Below are positions 1 to 12,705 of a stretch of 64,000 nucleotides of DNA, one piece after another. A model generated the notes under the pieces. The model ran no database searches, was not told where the DNA came from, and was given only the letters and a program-made list of their open reading frames with translations. The DNA comes from Cladosporium halotolerans (Eukaryota): positions 62,001 to 126,000 of the forward strand of contig NW_027191480.1 in the NCBI RefSeq assembly GCF_011745625.1. Direction: 5' to 3'. The position numbers were made by a program, and so were the translations under genes. Within the stretch, counting starts at the first letter, position 1; each line of letters starts with the position of its first letter.

Positions 1-3000
1 TCTATCTACTATAACTAGAATTAAGTCTATAATAAATTTATAGTATATACTTAATAGTAGGTCTATAATAAAATCTATTAATAATTCCTAGAATAGTTTT
101 TTAGAAATTAGTAAAAGTTATATTTACTTAAAAGGGTTATACTTTTTTACTTTATACTTTTAGTATATACTATAGGTTCGTATATACTCCTTTATATTTA
201 TATATAACTCTAACTAGTAGTATTTCTATAAGATCAGTTCTATTATTTTAGTAATACTAAAGTAGCTAGCTAGTTCGTCGTTATAGTATAAATAGAGTAG
301 TTTAGTCTAAACTAAGCTATCTAATAGGATTATAATAGTATCCGATTTATATATTAGACTATTCTATAGTATATATATTATAAATCCTTAGTAGTTTAAA
401 GTTTACTTCTTTTAGGTATTATTTTAGAATATTCTAATTATATCTATAAGATCTTAGTTTAGGCTATTATAGGTCTATTTATTCTTTAAGACTATATTTA
501 CTATACTCTTTAGTATTATATCTAATATATAGGTATAATATAAGGGTTATTTATATTCTTCTTTTAATAAGGTTAATAGACTTTAAATAGTAATAAAAAG
601 CTTTCTATTAAATATACTTTCTAAGCTAGTACTAGCTTTTTTATTATTCTATTATCTTAGCTTATTTTAGAAGATTAGGAATAAGGAGCTTTATATATCT
701 ATTATATCTTCGTAGTCTAATCGATATAATAGTATATTTATTAGATTTATCTTCTCTAAGTAATATTTAATATTAAAGTTAAATAATATTAAAAATATAG
801 CCTATCTAGCTTATTATCTATTTAGCTACTTAAGCTTTATAAAACCTTTTAAGTTATTATAGTTAGTAAGTACCTATATTAGATATACTATACTTTTAAA
901 GTAGTATTACTAGTATTTAAATACGTCTATAATAGCTAATAGTTCTTAGTTATAGGTTTTGTAGTTCTTTTCTATAGATATAAACTTATATAATTAGAAA
1001 GCTACTAGGTACTATTAGAGGTTTTCTTTTCTAATACTAACTAGCTAGGATAATATAGTAGTAGTAGTAAACTTAGAAATATTACTCTTAATCTAAAGCT
1101 TTACTTTTAAGTCGTAATAGACTAGGATAAACGCTTTTATAAAAGCTTTATAGAAGATACGAAATATATACTCTATATTATTAAGGAATTTAAATAGCTC
1201 TTTCTTTTTTCTATTTACTAATTCTTTTAAGAGGCTTATAAGTAGCTAGGCTATTCTTAAGTAGGCTTTAATAAAGTATTAGTAAAAGTTAGTAAACTCT
1301 AAGAATTATTAAACCTTTCTAAATATAGAAGGTATAAGCTATATTATTATTATATCTACTCTTCGTTAATCTATCGAAATACTTTTATTACTAATTATAA
1401 ACCTAAGGAACTCTACTTCTCTTATATAGAAGTAATATTTCTTATAGTTTATATAGAGTACGTACTTCCTTAGTCTTTCTAGTATAAAGTAAATATATTA
1501 TATATACTCTTTATATATTTAGAAGAATATTAAAATATTATTAAAATATATAATATAGAATTCGTTTAGATAACTAGCTAGGACTTTATTAATATAAGCC
1601 TAGAAGGTTATAGTAATATTAGTTAATCTAAATAGTATTACTATATACTTAAAGTATCTATAATAAGTACGAAATATAGTCTTCTACTTATCTTTATACT
1701 AAATAGAGATCCTATAATAGATATTCTTTAAATTAAAAGCTATAAATAGCTTTAACCTACTTAGGTAGTTAAAAGTTTTACTAATTAGTAATAAGAAATA
1801 ATAATTCTTAATCGTTATTATATTTAACCTTTAATAATCTATATAGAAGTAGAGTAATCTATTCTTCTTCTAAGCGAAAAAGATAGATATACCTATTTTA
1901 CTTATACTATACTAGATCTACCTATTCTCTTCTACTTTTACTAAGTAGATTCTTAGTACTATTAGTTTAGTTACTAAGAGATTATAGAAGAGCTAAAATA
2001 GGAATATAGTTCTAGACTAGAGGTTAATCGTATATATAGCTTCTATACTATATATACGTATTTTAGCTAAGTTATTTTTAAAAACGTTTCTAAAATCTTA
2101 TAATTCCTTTAATAAAGAGTCTACTAATATATTCTAAGAATCTTTCTATAAGTCTATTATCTTTATCTTAAAGGTTTAGCTATTTATATTACTAATTATA
2201 TATACCTATACTAGGTACGTAATATTATTACTATATTCTATTACCTTAAAGTCTTAAATACTATAGATCTAAATACTTTCCTAGTCTAGTCTATAGTACT
2301 ACTATACTATAGTAGAGTCTACTATAACTAATTAGTTTTTCTTTTAAGGCTTTTTAAGGATAATATTAGAAGTTATAATATCTATTAAGTAGAAAACGTC
2401 TTCTATTATATATTCTATTCTAGAGGAGTTCTTAAGTTATATCTATAGTATATATATACTATATATATATATATTTATTTTTTAGAAACTTTAGATAGAA
2501 AAAAGAATAGTATCTTCTATTCTTTAAAAGTCTAGTTCTAGGACTTTCTTTTAGAAAACGATATTATAGTTTACTTTATTATTTATAACTATCTATACTT
2601 TAGATTATTACTCTATAGGCGATATAGCCTCTTTATATAAGAAGGATACCTAGTTACTATTAACTCTTCTATTTAAGTTAAAAAGTAAGTCTATTCTTAA
2701 TTCTTTCTTTTTTTTATAATTTTATATAGACCTAAGAAGCTTTTAAGAAATAGAAGTATCTTATTTATACCTACTTTCTACTATACTTAAGCTAGGTCCT
2801 ACTTTATTCTTACTAATAGGTATATAGACTTATAATAGCTCTTTTTCCTATTCCTATAATACTTTATTATATTACTTATTAGTTTTTAGATATAACTTTC
2901 TAGAAGCCTCTACTTTCTAGTCTTTAAAAACTAGCTTTATAGTTATTTATTTTACTTCTACTTTTTATTTATAGCTAGTATACTATAGTTATATATATCG

Positions 3001-4050
3001 TCTATAAGGTTCTTTTTAGAACTTATATTATAAGAAGCGTTTTTAAAGTATTAGACTAATACTATAAAGTCTTTCCTCGTATTTAGTACTTTAGCTTTTA
3101 TAATAATAGCTTTATAGAAAGTAGAGTATAATTTATTTAGTAAGTAGTAGATATACTATACTTCTATATATAACTTATTAAACTAATCTTCTAAGGTTAT
3201 AAGAAGTATTATAAAGTTTATTATACTCTCGTCTTTTTTCTATTTTATATCTTTATAGCTTAGACCTATATTAAGGCTTCTATTTACTAAGTCTATAATA
3301 TAGTCGTAGATAAAGGCTTTAAGATCTATAAAAGTATATCCTAGTAGTAGTTTTATACTATTAGTATAAGACTAAAACGCCTATAGCTCTTTTATTAACT
3401 AGGTACTTATAAAAAAGATCTTCTTATATTCTATCTTATATATTATTAGGTCGATATTAAAAATCACTTTTAGTAATAAAAAGAAGATCTTTACTTCTTT
3501 TAATATATACTCCTCAAATAGATCTAGGTCTTTAAAGTATTTATATTTCGTACCTACTATAACTATAAAATAGTCTTATATCTATAAAGCCGAATTACTT
3601 AGTTCTAGATTATTTGTAAGCTATAATAGTATAAAAGCTAATAGCTCTATTTCTAGAGCTATAGTTCCTAATATAAAGTGCTTTTATTTTAGTTCTATAA
3701 CCTATTCGTATAAGATAACTAATTCTTCTAATTACTTATATTCTTCTTTAAAATAAGTATATTCTTTTTTAAGAATTATTATCTCGCTATATACTAATAT
3801 TTCTATTCTTAGTCTCTTTAAGTAGGTATTAATAGTATTAGATTCTAGTTTAGACCTACTACTAATATAAAGTAGAAACGCTTTAAGAACTTTATTTAGA
3901 AGTATCTTATTCTATAAACTATTACTATAAGTAAAAGCTTTTAAAATTATAATAATCTAATTATAAAGTCTAATAGATTAGATTAAATAGATATATAGTA
4001 GTATATAGGTTAATCTACTACTAAATAGATAGTATAAATTAAGACTAAAA
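1..4050 (-). mobile_element. RIP-degraded Ty3/Gypsy LTR retrotransposon internal region (gag-PR-RT-RH-IN), running off the window start
   Basis: Reversing RIP transitions on the minus strand gives RT motifs near 1500-1740 (DLKNAYHRI..KTxFRTxYxxFxYxVxPFGLTNxPxTFQ..YxDDIL), FLGFxNFYRRFI-like sequence near 1260-1320, integrase-like MDFITDL near 60-90, protease-like ILGKPW near 2350 and gag near 3380-3560. The PR-RT-RH-IN order is Gypsy-type. Confidence 0.8.
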
Positions 4051-4149
4051 GCTATTTTTTAATTAGTATATAGGTCTTTTATATATATATCTTAGAAACG
4101 GTATAGGATAGAATTATTTAATTAATTACGTATCCTATATTATACTATT

Positions 4150-4798
4150 ATATAATATTAGATATAAAAGTAATAGCTAGAGTATAGTACTATTATTATA
4201 CTAGGACTAGAAGAGTATAATAGAATAGGAAACGTAGCTAGTTTCTCTACTTCTATATAAGTACTATATAGGAGTCCTATAAGTAGATTATATCTAAAAG
4301 AGCTAAAGACTTTTAAAAGGAAGACTTTAAAAGAAGCTCGAGACTTTATTTAGTTTTTATAACTAGTCTTTATACTAGTTCCTAATACTTATAATATAGA
4401 ATAGAAGAAGATCTTATATAGTATTATATTTCTTATAGGTAAGCTATATAAGATATAGTACTAGAACTATAATATATCTAATTTAGACGAGTATTTATAA
4501 AAAGACTTTAAATCTCTTATATTTAATTTAGTCGAGGATCCTATAAATCGTAGCCTAAGTATAACTATAGTATATAAGATAACTAGGTAAAATAAGAGAT
4601 AGACTATATAGGCGTTTATAATAGAGCTTATAACTTTAGAAGAATAGATAGATCTATATACTCTAGAATAATATACTTACTATCTTCTTATAAAATTAAA
4701 GCCTATACTATATATAGCTATTATTATATATTATAATATACTAAAGAGAAAGGAAGACTTAGTCTTTCTTATAATAAGGTTAGAGTTTATAAATAGAA
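4150..4798 (+). mobile_element. Second RIP-degraded Gypsy gag fragment, opposite orientation, cut by LTR-like repeat A
   Basis: The de-RIPped plus frame from ~4290 reads PxxFKGKTLKEARDF..LVF..P..Y..E.KKILY...L.GEP..W, which is similar to the minus-strand gag at 3380-3560. Confidence 0.55.
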
Positions 4799-5385
4799 TA
4801 TAAAAACGTAGGTTATAATAGTATAACTTTAATATCTAGATTCTATACTAAGAATAATTCTTAAAGAGCTTTTTCTTTTTTTTAAGAATATTCCTTTCTT
4901 ATATTATACTATATAAGTATCTTATATACTTATTATAAGTTCTATTTTTAATATTAATAGTATTATTATAATATATTATAATAACTTTATAAGTATATTA
5001 TAGCTATTCTAATATAGATACTTATTCTTATATTAAGTCCTATATCTTTATAAGAAGTATATAATTATTTTATAAAAGCTTTAAAGTTATCTTATAGTCT
5101 TTATATAACTATTATATATTTAATTATATTTTTATAAGAGCTATTATATATTATAATAGTTCTATATATACGACTATTATAATATATAGATAGTCTATTA
5201 TTTAAATTTAGTACTTAGTATTAGACTTTCTTATACTAGTACTATATTTATACTATACTTACTTTATAGCTTATACTTTATAGCTTTAAAGGATAGCTAA
5301 TATAGTTAGTATTTTATCTAGCTATTTATATAAAAACTATATATATACTATAGTTATTCTTTATTAAAGAACCTACTTTATAATA
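4799..5385 (-). repeat. LTR-like repeat copy A (RIPped)
   Basis: Its reverse complement aligns along its length with 6299-6983, mostly via transition differences. Ends TAT...ATA are consistent with RIPped TGT...ACA. No matching TSD. Confidence 0.7.
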
Positions 5386-6298
5386 TAATAGTTATAGATA
5401 TTTATAAACGGTTTACTAGACTTACTAGGAATAAGTATAGATATAGCGATATACGTATAAGGATATTAATAATAGCTTATTAGTATCTTTATTAAAAAGA
5501 TACTAGCGAAGTAGTTATATATAGATTATAGGTATAGTAAAAAGAGAAAACGAATAGCTTAAGAATCTCTTACTTTACTTATCTATAGAATTCTTATTAC
5601 TATATTAGTATAGGTATTACTATATAAATAGTTAATACGAAGCTACGTAAAGTAAGTATATACGCTTTATATATAAGGTATAGATTACGAGTTTACTATA
5701 TCTATAGATAGAGTAGCTTAGATTATATACTTTTACTTTCTTAGATATATTATAAAAGATATATTATAGAAGAGGAGGTAATTATTATAGGCTAGATATA
5801 AAGTAATATTCGTATATTATATATATAGCCGATCCTATACTATATACTTAATATTAGTTATATATATATATATAACTCGTGTACTTAATAGTAGTAAAGA
5901 AATAATAATTAGTTTTCTTTATATTAGAGTAGTAATTAATCTAGTATCTTCTATATTATAAAATACTTCTTTTTAGTTATCCTATTTAGAAATACTCTTT
6001 TAATATCTAGCGAACCTTATCTACCTACTAGAGTAGCTAGATAGTATATATCTATATAGAAGGATTATCGCTAGTAATTCTATAGCCCTCCTATAGCTAC
6101 TAACTATAATACTACTATTCTCGTCTTTATAAGACTAGTTAGTAGAATTACTAGGAAATAGGAATAATAGGAGTAGAAGTAGAAGCTATTATTACCTTTT
6201 ATATTCGATCGTAATCTACTTCTTATAAAACATCTCTAGAGTAAAGACTTAATTAGCTATATAGTATTACTAAAGCCTTTTAGTAAGAATAGGTTATA

Positions 6299-6983
6299 TA
6301 TTATAAAGTAGGTTCTTTAATAAAGAACGACTATAGTATATATATAGTCCTTATATAAATAGCTAGATAATATACTAGCTATATTAGCTATCTCTTAAAG
6401 CTATAAAGTATAGACTATAAAGTGAATATAGTATAAGTATAGTACTAATATAAGAAAGTTTAATACTAAGTATTAGACTTAAATAGTAGATTATTTATAT
6501 AATATAATAATTATATATATAAAGCTACTATAGTATATAATAGCTCTTATAAGAATATAACTAAATATATAGTAACTATAAGAAGACTATAAAGCGACTT
6601 TAAGGCTTTTATAAAATAACTATCTATTCTTTATAAAGATATAGGACTTAGTATAAGAATAAGTATCTATATTAGAATAGCTATAGTATACTTATAAAAC
6701 TACTATAGTATACTATAGTAATACTATTAATATTAAGAATAGGAAGCTAATATATACTAATTATAAATAAAATATAAATTAGTAGCTAAGGAATAGTAAG
6801 ACTTTACTATAAGTAAGTAATAGCTAAAGCTATTATTAAGAGCTTATAGTAAATATATAGAATACTTATATAATATAGTATAAGAAGAAAGTATTCCTAA
6901 GAAAGAGAGAAAACTCTTTAAAGATTATTCTTAATATAGAATTTAGATATTAAAGTTATACTATTATAATCTACGTTTTTATA
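6299..6983 (+). repeat. Solo LTR-like repeat copy B (RIPped) with 5-bp TSD
   Basis: Inverted homolog of 4799-5385 with an extra ~100 bp at ~6748-6842. Flanked by TTATA at 6294-6298 and 6984-6988. Confidence 0.7.
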
Positions 6984-8009
6984 TTATAATCGGATATATT
7001 AGAAGACTATATATACCTCGTATAGTAAGAGCTAGTTACGTAGGTAATAATATATAGTAGCTATATTAGAAGAATCGACTATATTATCTATAATAACTAT
7101 CTTTATTAAAGTAACTATAATAGTAGAACCTAGTAATAATAACTATACTATTAGAATTAATATAACGTCCTACTACTACTTTCTAAGAGAGAGCTTTAGC
7201 TAGAACTATAGTAGCTATAATATCCTTATAGCGTAACGCGTTCGATCTATTACTAGAGTATAATAAACTAGTCGCTACTCTTATAGAATAGTTATAGCTA
7301 TTAGATAACTTATTATTATAGGTAAGCTATAGCACGTATAGAAAGTCACTCCGAGGTTATATAATAGGATTATACCTAGAGGTAATCCTACTTTAGGTAT
7401 CCGGAATTCGTAGATAAGTAAGTAAGCCGAGAGTTTGGCTTATTCCTAACTTCGTACTTTATAATCAATATATAGCTTTTCGAGCTACGTCTTATCGATA
7501 GGACTAATATTAAGATTAGTCTTTAGTCTATAGTTAGCTCTATATCCGATCCGTTATACTCTTATACCTACTCTCTACTCTACCTACCTACTACTTATAA
7601 TATCTACGCCTAGTACTCGGGACGCTAACGTAGTAACTTTCGATATATTATCGCTATCGCGGCCTTCTAAGATAAATAGTCCTAAGGGATAACGAGGAGT
7701 AAGCTCTTTATAATACTCTCTATTATACCTAAGGCTACTATCTTACGATAACGATACTATATAGCCCCTCGTAGCTTTATAAAAGGCGGTAGTATCCGAA
7801 GTTAAGACTAAGCGTATATCTTACGTATAGCTAGTAATTGTTTATAGGTCTCTATAAAAGTAGTAGTCGATAGCTAGTTATTAGTACCCTCTTTCGTTAT
7901 ATAGAACTCGACCCCGTGCCTCCTAATAGCGACCGCGGTCTATTCGAAGTTCTAAGTAGAGGTCTAGTAAAGCTACTTCGTAATCTTAGAGGCCTCGCTA
8001 CGCGCTTAG

Positions 8010-11000
8010 GGCTCACCGGGGCCCATGCGAAGATTACGCGGTTGTGGGACTCTTTCAGACGTCTCACATGTTTCAAAATGCCGCTGATGATCCATTGTCC
8101 GGACCTTCGGGTGCCATTCCGCAACGTAACCAGAACGGTGCGGTTGTTGGTGAACACGTGCGTGACTTGGCCTCGCACGCGCGCCGACAGTGTATTGTCG
8201 TACACCGCACTGACGACTAAACCAAGTCCCACTTCGATCGAAGCCAGTGCGGCTGTGTAGGCATCACTTTGCGCGTTGGTGCCTATCGTCTTGTCGTACT
8301 CGCATCGCTCAGAGTTGTTGCGTATCCAGTCAACGCCATCGATGGCGCCGCCGATGCCAACCAACCCATTTCTGGCCGACGCGCTGGTGGCGACACGGAT
8401 GCCCTGGATGCCTTGGGCGCACCCGGCTGCTTGCTCACCGTCGTCTACACTGTTGGCTATGTCGAGTCGCGCGTCCCACGGGGCCGAGATGTAGGGCTGG
8501 GTCGCCTCCAGCTCATCCATCGGTGCTCCGCATGCGGACTCTGCGATCTTCTGCAAGGGTGACGTGTACCTCTTGCACGCCCGACGCCTGATCATCTGCG
8601 TAAGAGGGTGTGTGCTGGGAATGCTGTGCAGATCGACCCACATCCTCAGGGCTTTCCGTGAGTGTCGTTCTCCTATCGTGGGCAAGTTGGCTTCTGCCTC
8701 TGCCACCGCTGCACCGACCGTCTGGAAACACCCGATCACTGCCTGTCCACCGACCCTCTGCACTCGCTTGAGCGCTCTCTCTGCACTGGCCGTCCTGGCG
8801 TGCGTCCATACGGACGATGCGTAGTCGACCACCGGTGCCACCGTCGCGTTGAACAGCTTGCGTGTCACTGACGGCGACAGTCCTCGCAGTCGCTTCAGCG
8901 CCATGGCCGCCTGCAGACCCCTTGTCGCAGCACGCGCGGTATGCTCTTGGTAGCGCAGCCGCGAATCCATGAGCAGTCCTAGAATCTTGACGCTGGATGT
9001 GGGGTGTACCTCTTCCCCTTTGACGCTCATCGTCTCGTCTGCGGACTGACGGCTGTTCCTCGTGAAGTGGATGAAGGCAGTCTTGTCCCCCTCGAAAGAG
9101 GCCCCGCTCCTGCTCTCCCACTCGGTCGCTCGCTGTACGATAGCATTGAGGCGAACCATGTTCTCTGCGGCGGTCGCACCCACGACCCACGCAGTGTAGT
9201 CATCGACAAAAGCGATTGCACCGCCGTTCTGGTCGATACGCTGCTGGACGAGATCCGCATTGAAGAAAAGAAACAGGATGGGTGACAGAGGCGAGCCTTG
9301 CGGCAGGCCAGCCTGTTCGAGGTCTCTCACAGCGGATACCTGCCCATTCACAACAATCGTGGCCGTGCGTTCAGAGCAGAAGGCGCCAATCCAGTTCACC
9401 AGATCTGACGGGATACCTCTGGCACGTAGTCGCTGTAGCAGTCGGTCCTTGTAGACTCCGTTGTACGCCCCCTTCACATCAAAACTGACTAGGCTCACCA
9501 TTTTCTTACTCCTCCACGCCGAGTATATGCGCTCCTGGAGGAGCAATAGCGCCTGCTCCGCAGACCTCTGCTTCCTCGCGCCGAAGTGGTTGGCTGGCAG
9601 TAGTCCATAGGTTTCAACCGCGAACGATAACCTATCGGCGACAACCGCCTCCAGCAACTTTCCCAGAGTCGATAGCAGTGAGATGGGTCTCCATGCCTTC
9701 GCCAGGGTGTAATCGTCCTTGTTGGGCTTCTTGAGCGGGATGATCTTTGCGATCTTCCATTGCTGGGGCAGGGCTCCTGTGTCGAGGGACGTTTGAAAAA
9801 GTTGATGGACACTCTCACTCACGGCTGGCCATATCTGCCTCCACACTCCAGCAGGGAGACCGTCTTCGCCTGCGGCTTTCCATGGCTTGGTCTTCATGAG
9901 ACAGCGTTCGATCTCGTCCACGGTCAGCTCCGGCATGGGTACGGGTTGTCTCTGTGGTCGGTCTTCTTCGTCCTCTATGTTGTCGGGTAGTGGCGGGAAA
10001 AAGGTAGCAAGCAGCTGCTCGGCCTGCTCCGAGTTGTTCGTCGTTGTTGGCCCGTCCGCCTTTTGCAGAGGCGGGATCCTCGACCACCCCGAGCCATCGT
10101 CAGGCTTGAGGTAGCGGCTAGCCTTCCAGATGTTGGTGTCCTCCGACAGGAACTCGTCCCAGTGCAGTCTTTGCTGCTTGCGTATCGCATCATGGTACTC
10201 CTTCGCTGCCGCTCGCGCTTGCTGTTCCAAATCCGGCAGTGCCTCCCCGCCTCGTCTATGCGCACGCGCCCTGTTCCTCCAGTACGTGTGGACCTGGCGG
10301 AGCTTCGTGAGGTCCCTGGTCCACCAGCGTTTCTCGTACGGAGACGGCTTGGCTTTGGGAGTCAGCAAGTTGACCGCGTCCAGGACCGCCTGCATCAAAC
10401 GGTCCGCTTGTCTCTGGACGTCGCCACAAGCTGGTCGATCGTCTAATGCTCGGGAAATGCGCTCTCGAATCGCGTTCCAGGGGGAGCATTCTTGAACAAC
10501 AGGCGAGGTTGGGTGGCGCGATCTGGGACTTCGACGTCAAAAGACGTCTCGATCGCGCGATGATCTGACCCGTGCTCCGTGTCGTGGATCTTGCACTTGA
10601 GGACGTCCGACGCCAAATTCTGCGACGCTAACATGAGGTCGATCGTGGTGGCGTGCATTGCATTCTGCCATGTCTTGGTCCCGCGGGGCAAAAGGCTCTC
10701 GAGGCTCCATCTGTTCATGAAGTCGATGATGGGGTCTGCTTCGCCCTGTCGCGTCGGCAGCAACCCGTCCCCTCCCCACAGCTGGTCATGCCGATTGAAG
10801 TCGCCGGCGACCACTACATCGAGGCGTGGGCCACCGCGGCGCTGCGCCGAGCTTATTGCCATGTCGAGCAGCATCACCGCCTCGCTCAGCGCTGCACCAT
10901 TTGCTCCTTCCACATACACCGACGCGAGCAACACTGCCCTGTCCGGCAGCCGCAGCAGAGCCACTGTGAGATCTGCCGACGGCACCCTCACCTGCTCGCA

Positions 11001-11252
11001 CTCGATGTCTTTGCGCACCCACAGCATGCTCCGCACCGCCCACCGCACATCGTGTCTCTCACTCGGCAGGATGGCCGTCCAGCCCTGATGCCCCATCGGG
11101 CTCGTCCTCACCTTCCCATCCATCTCGAACACGTACGGTTCGCTGACGACGAGAGCCGTGTACTCCTTCAGACTTGCGTCGTTCATCACGCTGTGCTGCA
11201 CCTCTCGCCGTTTCTGCATGTTCAGTTGTAGGATTTGCATCGGCTTAGACAT
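8010..11252 (-). pseudogene. LINE ORF2 (APE endonuclease, RT, partial RNase H), disrupted
   Basis: APE motifs ILQLN, SEP, GDFN, TIDL and SDH. RT motifs RPISLL, FDVKGAY, GLPQGSPLSP and FVDD. Frameshift in the G5 run at 10480-10484 (FKNAP|WNAIRERI continues into the 7897..10398 ORF). Homology stops at FAWAPVSP, ~8010. Confidence 0.88.
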
Positions 11253-12705
11253 CAGTTGCCGGATAGAGGATACGACACTGGCGGCTGGGCGATTCGTGAG
11301 GCCCGTCGCATATGGCACATTTGGGCTGTTCTGCCTGGCAGTCACTGTGGCGGTGGCCTGGCTGGGCATACCTGCTGCAAACCTGCTCTTTGGTGCACGA
11401 AAAGGCTTTGTGTCCGAGGCTTAGACATCTGAAGCACTGCATCGGTCCACGCCTGGGCTCGAACACCCGGGTGAAGGCCGATTCTCCGTCGACAATGAAG
11501 TATTGGCCCTCCAGAAGCCTCGCGGCGTCTGCGCGCTTGGTCACGTACACGACCATGGATCCGTACGCCTTTTGTACGTCCTTCCGGCTGAGCCACGATA
11601 TCTTCGCAGTACTCACCTCGTTCTCCTTCTCTAGCATCTCTACAGCACCCGTTCGAAGCTCGCCGTGCCCGTCCAACACCGCCGTCCGGCACGCATTGTC
11701 CACCTTGACCGGGTACCACTGATCTCGCAGCACGCGCGACCCCACCGCTTTAGTTTTCTCAACCACCTCCTTCACCCGTGCAAGCTCACTCTCATCTCGA
11801 CAGGTGACGCGGATACGGGCAGCATGACGAGGGTCCCTCGTGACTGCAACGCACCGCCAGCCGCTCCCTTCCTCTCCTTTACCCATCTCTTTCTCGATAT
11901 TCTGTCTGATCTTGCTCACACTTGCATTGTCCCTCTCCGCTTCTTCCACGTTGGTCACGTCCACGGTGCAGTACAGCGTATCCGTGAACGTCGACGGGGT
12001 CGTCCGATTGGAGATTGTCCTGAGGTTGCTAGGGCGGCTGCCGGGCGGCGTGCGCGCTACGTCCGCATACGATGGGTTCGGGCTCGAGTGTTGGACGCTG
12101 GACAGCTGTTTTTCGACAATGGCCGTTACCTGCTCCTGTACAATGCTCGTGACCTGTTGTTGGACGATAGCGGTGACCTGCTCCTTGACTATGCTTGTGA
12201 CTTGCTGCCGCACGATGGCGGCGACTCTCCCGTCGACGATGTTCATGACCTCGTGTTGCACGACGCTCCTGATCTCCCGGCGCACTACCTCACTCACCTG
12301 TTGCTGTACCGTTCTTTTGACCTCCTCCCCGATGGCATGTACGATTTCACGCTGCACTGTGACCCTCAGCTGCTCTTGCACTACGTCCTTGACTTCGTCT
12401 GCGACAGCCTCCTTCACTTGACTGACATCCGGTACTTGGTCGATGGCCTCCTGAACCAGCGCGAAGCGCTCGTCGACAGAATCGTGCACGCCGGCGATGG
12501 CCTTCAGGATCGTCTCCAGGCGGGACTCTTGGACATCGCTGCTTTTGTCGGTGCTTTGACTCGGGATTCTCTCCCTTGCCAGAGTGCCTCGGTGCAATCC
12601 TTTGTAGTCAATCGCGGTGCGCGAAGCTCGCGAGCGGCCCAGACGTGTCACCCCCGGCGACGCGCTGTCGTCAGGTTGCGGCAACGGGCGCGCAGCGGCG
12701 GCCAT
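11245..12705 (-). CDS. LINE ORF1 gag-like protein with coiled coil and three zinc knuckles
   Basis: C-terminal CFRCLSLGHKAFSC, CSRYAQPGHRHSDC (second Cys replaced by Tyr) and CAICDGPHESPSRQC. First ATG is at ~12705. Confidence 0.85.
   Translation of the reverse strand: MAAAARPLPQPDDSASPGVTRLGRSRASRTAIDYKGLHRGTLARERIPSQSTDKSSDVQESRLETILKAIAGVHDSVDERFALVQEAIDQVPDVSQVKEAVADEVKDVVQEQLRVTVQREIVHAIGEEVKRTVQQQVSEVVRREIRSVVQHEVMNIVDGRVAAIVRQQVTSIVKEQVTAIVQQQVTSIVQEQVTAIVEKQLSSVQHSSPNPSYADVARTPPGSRPSNLRTISNRTTPSTFTDTLYCTVDVTNVEEAERDNASVSKIRQNIEKEMGKGEEGSGWRCVAVTRDPRHAARIRVTCRDESELARVKEVVEKTKAVGSRVLRDQWYPVKVDNACRTAVLDGHGELRTGAVEMLEKENEVSTAKISWLSRKDVQKAYGSMVVYVTKRADAARLLEGQYFIVDGESAFTRVFEPRRGPMQCFRCLSLGHKAFSCTKEQVCSRYAQPGHRHSDCQAEQPKCAICDGPHESPSRQCRILYPATDV

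Larger units (their letters stand above)
1..8010. repeat. AT-rich, RIP-mutated repeat island
   Basis: Extremely AT-rich and TpA-saturated, with CpA/TpG almost absent, and no ORFs in the track. Mutation load eases from ~7200 to ~8010. Confidence 0.95.
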
